This document shows, piece after piece, positions 61,301 through 64,000 of a DNA stretch of 64,000 nucleotides. Every line of letters begins with the position of its first letter. Positions within the stretch are counted from its first letter, which is position 1. This DNA comes from Harriotta raleighana (lineage: Eukaryota): assembly GCA_050575255.1 (NCBI GenBank), contig JBNZDD010013709.1:864603-928602 (forward strand). The letters are read 5' to 3'. Made by a program: the position numbers and the translations under genes. The notes beneath the pieces are model-generated. The model had not been told where the DNA came from and searched no databases. It was given only the letters and a program-made list of their open reading frames with translations.

Positions 61301-61820
61301 CTAAGCCGAAAGCTCTGGAACACTCCACTTTATCCCTCCTCTATGCCATTTTCTTCCCCATCTTCAGGTCATGCCTGAAGATATCCTCTTCAACCATGCC
61401 TATGGTTACCTTCCCCACAGCTTGGCACTGTGCTCCACCACAGGAACACTGCATGAAGGCCTCTATATAAATGAAGGTGTGGTTGTTAAATTAGACCAAG
61501 CCCCGCTTCTGTGGCCAATAGATATTGACGTTTCCTGCAGTTCAGTCCAGATTATTTCAATGTGCTACGAGGTATGGCATGGCAATGAGAGTCACATGGT
61601 ACATATCTCTCACCCACTTAACAAAAAGAGAGCTGTGTGGTCCTGTATTTTGGTATGTCTTAAAGCTTTGGTGTAGATCCTGACTGTGCAGCACCTTGGG
61701 ACGTCCTCCTGATGTGAAAGATGCTATAAAAATGCAATTTGTTGTTGTTTTCTTCCACTCTTCAGCAATGGAGTATTTCGCTCAAGTGTCAAGCGGTTTC
61801 CAACGATTTACTTCATTCCT
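50720..61820 (+). CDS. STPG4: Sperm-tail PG-rich repeat-containing protein 4 (C2orf61/GSE), 3'-partial: join(50720..50830,[50979..51047],52558..52623,53957..54214,60978..61045,61766..61820)
   Basis: Phase-consistent exons give motifs GGWWRETLK|DTPAPGAYTLKDFIQERLENPVSQTYRFKGESR, ISPASYNL and GVFRSSVKRFPTIYFIP. These parallel human STPG4 as recalled ([42 protein letters not shown]...LSPGQYNV...CVFRSTVQRFPTTYFIP). Position downstream of CALM2 is syntenic. Confidence 0.88.
50979..51047 (+). CDS. STPG4: STPG4 candidate extra exon 2a (TRTVSLPEERNKYDKRWWEDIIK)
   Basis: ccttgattgcag|ACA...ATCAAA|gtaagt, 69 nt, phase 0-0, open, resembles exon 2b. Confidence 0.6.
51310..51621 (-). mobile_element. tRNA-Deu-L2 SINE (a + strand tail fragment sits at ~51145-51225)
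   Basis: Head, core and tail matches. Confidence 0.82.
51631..51692. repeat. Compound microsatellite (TC)10(TA)12(GA)9, self-complementary
   Basis: Direct reading; 51633-51692 is a perfect 60-bp palindrome. Confidence 0.92.
52060..52410 (-). mobile_element. tRNA-Deu-L2 SINE, full length
   Basis: Head TGTAGCTCAGTGGTTAGAGCACTCGCCTCGCAAG. Confidence 0.85.
52558..52623 (+). CDS. STPG4: STPG4 exon 2b (QNSLPMKAGNSDRGGWWRETLK)
   Basis: atttcag|CAA...TTGAAG|gtaagt, 66 nt, phase 0-0; matches the GWWR motif of STPG4. Confidence 0.82.
53457..53771 (-). mobile_element. tRNA-Deu-L2 SINE
   Basis: Head, core and tail matches. Confidence 0.8.
53957..54214 (+). CDS. STPG4: STPG4 exon 3 (DTPAPGAY PGP/SHIPPO-like repeat)
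   Basis: atccag|GATACA...AGAAAG|gtaaca, 258 nt, 86 codons, within ORF 53927-54256. Confidence 0.88.
54693..55235 (-). mobile_element. L2 3' fragment inserted in a SINE tail (STPG4 intron 3)
   Basis: ORF 54706-55314: KPVRNPCILFDPQLSF...ITSQLDYVNALL...LARLHWLPIIQRIQFKILVLTFKGLHGLAPSY. Confidence 0.88.
55272..55316. repeat. (CT)n(CA)n microsatellite
   Basis: Direct reading. Confidence 0.88.
55825..56995 (+). mobile_element. L2 LINE RT and 3' end (decayed)
   Basis: AFDTLDYSVLLHRL, VLQGSVLSPFLFNLYM, FLQLNISKTKALL, FVTSRLDYSNSLL; tail at ~56940-56995. Confidence 0.88.
58180..58780. mobile_element. Two L2 3' fragments, tail-to-tail (+ 58180-58405; - 58420-58780)
   Basis: NSIPESLHLAPSLASFKAR and the reverse-strand equivalent. 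Confidence 0.7.
60498..60782. mobile_element. SINE 3' half (+) interrupted by an inverted SINE fragment (- ~60587-60700)
   Basis: Core breaks at CAAATTCACTT and resumes at TTACAGTATATTCTGTG. Confidence 0.72.
60978..61045 (+). CDS. STPG4: STPG4 exon 4 (DENNISPASYNLMISALERVQS)
   Basis: gttacag|GATGAG...TCCCT|gtaagt, 68 nt, phase 0-2. Confidence 0.8.
61140..61490 (+). mobile_element. Degenerate L2 3' fragment (a further tail at 61675-61750 abuts the exon 5 acceptor)
   Basis: CACCATTGGCGGC..TTTCAGCCAC..CTCTGGAAC; tail GGGACGTCCTCCTGATGTGAAAGATGCTATA..TTGTTGTTG. Confidence 0.65.
61766..61820 (+). CDS. STPG4: STPG4 exon 5 (NGVFRSSVKRFPTIYFIP)
   Basis: cttcag|CAATGGA...ATTCCT|gtaagt, 55 nt, phase 2-0; F-x-S-x-x-x-RF motif. 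Confidence 0.88.
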
Positions 61821-62189
61821 GTAAGTAACCAGTAGTCACAGAGTAATCTTGAAATTAAGGATGGATTTTTAAATGGATATTTTTGCGCAGTTTTTCCCCT
61901 CTGATTGTCTGAAGGTATTTTGACTACCTTTACCTCCTACTGGACAACAGTTGTATGTGCAGCCTTAGGTGCCTTCCTCAATGGCTTTTGTACATATGTC
62001 ATCCATAACAGTGAGTAACAGCTCTTGAACCACCAAAAGTGTTGGAGCCAAGGCCCATCCTACTACATATTTCCTTTAGTTGGGGAATCAGTGACAAGTG
62101 GGCACAGTCTCAGTATTGTTAGCAAAAAAAGGGGAAGAAATTAGAGAAAAAAACTTCATTTCGAGAGATTCCCTCACTTTCCCTCCTGC

Positions 62190-62945
62190 TCCTTGGGTCT
62201 TCCCAATTCCTCCCTCCCCAGGCTGCAGATAATCCAGAACTTTGCGTCCCATGTCTTCTACCGTTCGAAACTCCGTGATCCCCATCTCATCCATCCTCGC
62301 CCAACTTCATTGGCTCCCCGTCATCCAGAGGATCCAATTCAAGATCCTGGTCTTCACATTTAAGGCCCTCCACAATCTCGTCCCACCCTACATCTATGAC
62401 CTCCTGTCCCCTTACCATCCTGTCCACCCACTCCGCTCAGCTGGCTCTGGCCTGCTCTTTGTCCCCCGACCCACCATTGGTGGACTATATTAATTTGTCC
62501 CCCGACCCACCATTCAGTCACTCTGCTCCCAACCTCTGGAACTTCATCCCTCCGCCTTGCCTCCTCCTACGCATTCTTCAAGTCCCGCCTCAAGACTCTC
62601 CTCTTCGATGGACCCATCAGCACCTCCTAATCCCCCCTTCCCNGACGAGCCTTCAGTCACTCTGCTCCCAACCTCTGGAACTTCATCCCTCCGCCTTGCC
62701 TCCTCCTACGCATTCTTCAAGTCCCGCCTCAAGACTCTCCTCTTCGATGGACCCATCAGCACCTCCTAATCCCCCCTTCCCTCCCTCCCCACCCTCTGTC
62801 CTAAACTCGGTCTGAAGCAGTAACCTTCCAGTGCCTTGGGACGTCCTCCTGATGTGAAAGGCGCTATACAAGTGTAATTTTGATGTTGTTGTTGGGTCGA
62901 CCTCCCAATTTGAAAGGCACTATACAAATGTAATTTTTTTGTTAT
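62190..62945 (+). mobile_element. L2 3' fragment with N-junction duplication and doubled tail
   Basis: ILAQLHWLPVIQRIQFKILVFTFKALHNLVPPY; tail GTGAAAGGCGCTATACAAGTGTAATTT. Confidence 0.85.
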
Positions 62946-63789
62946 TGCCAGGGTTTTGCATTCATTGCTTGAAATAGCTATTGAAGCTGAATCAGTGGGA
63001 TTTGGATTTCGCTCACAAAATATACAGCCAATTCACTTTACACTATATTCTGTGAAGCACTTTGGGATGCCTCAAAGATGTGATAAGGCACTATATCAAA
63101 TGGAAGGATTATTATTAATTTGTTCAGCAGGGAACTGGATAATCAGGCGAGCAATACAAACTATTAAGAGATAAAGGAAGAGGGCTGGAAGTTGAAATGA
63201 ACAAAATGGGGGCAATTTAGAAAAACAGATAGCATTGATATTATGAGCTTAATGGCTTCCTAGTGGATATAGCATGTTTCTGTTTCTTTGTGTTTATCAT
63301 GTGAGCAGTAACTTGTATCTTGTAACTCGTGTAGCAGTACAGATGACATGACTAGTGACTGCACCATGTGACTCACTGTAGTAACTGTGCCACGTAGCTC
63401 ACAGAGCCTGCACAGTTCCGCAGGCCATTTCCACTGATTTGACCAATGGCTATGATTCATCCTTAACAGTAACTGCTGTTGAAACATGGAGAGCACTGCA
63501 ACCACACCCTGTACTGCCCTCCATCTGATTCTTCTTGCAGTGATTGAAGCTTGATGTTTCTCACTGCAGTGACCTTTTGATTTACATTGCAGTGGTATCT
63601 GACTCACACTGCAGTAACTGTATTGCAAGTGACAGATAGTTGTACTAGTATGAACTTTAATCCTTAACGTTCGTTAATGTTAACGCGGAAGGAGACCGTC
63701 CACTCAGCCCATTGAGACACTATGGAAAATGGCAAACATTTGCATCACCTTTCCTTCATACCCTTCGATACCTTTATTTCTCTATGGGT

Positions 63790-64000
63790 GAAGCCCTGTA
63801 GTTTAGTGGTTAGTGCGTTCACCTCGCAAGTGAGAAGACGTGAGTTCGATTCTGAGATGGGGTGAAAGTTTAGGCAAATTTCCATACTGCTCATGCCTCT
63901 GTTTACCCAACAGTAAATAGGAACACGGTTGTTAGTTAATGAGCGCTTTCTGGAGGTAATAATCCCGTCAATCTATTTTAGAATATATTCTGTAAAGCGC
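63790..64000 (+). mobile_element. tRNA-Deu-L2 SINE running off the window end (3' fragment of another copy at ~63005-63118)
   Basis: CCCTGTAGTTTAGTGGTTAGTGCG...GAGTTCGATTC. Confidence 0.8.

Overview
Repeat-rich vertebrate genomic DNA. The SINE/LINE families look chondrichthyan, most likely a chimaera/elephant-shark relative (inferred from repeat recognition, not proven). Two protein-coding genes lie on the + strand. (1) A complete six-exon calmodulin gene (33247-41314) encodes the canonical 149-aa vertebrate CaM; its 3' UTR and downstream neighbour identify it as CALM2. (2) The 5' part of STPG4 (C2orf61/GSE, sperm-tail PG-rich repeat protein 4) spans 50720-61820, with its last exons apparently beyond the window. 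The most notable observation is that STPG4 appears to carry two tandem homologous 'SLP...WWxxxxK' exons of the same phase, plus a candidate poison exon. I recognise no coding exon in the first ~29 kb. That region holds a Tigger-like MITE, a Helitron-like relic, a TALE-motif cluster and an orphan promoter-like CpG region at ~29.0-29.8 kb. The rest is tRNA-Deu-L2 SINEs, older DeuSINEs, and L2 and CR1 LINE fragments, often nested. Nine single-N junctions with duplicated flanks are probably assembly artefacts. Exon coordinates were counted by hand; repeat boundaries are approximate. Comparisons with human sequences are from memory, not from a search.
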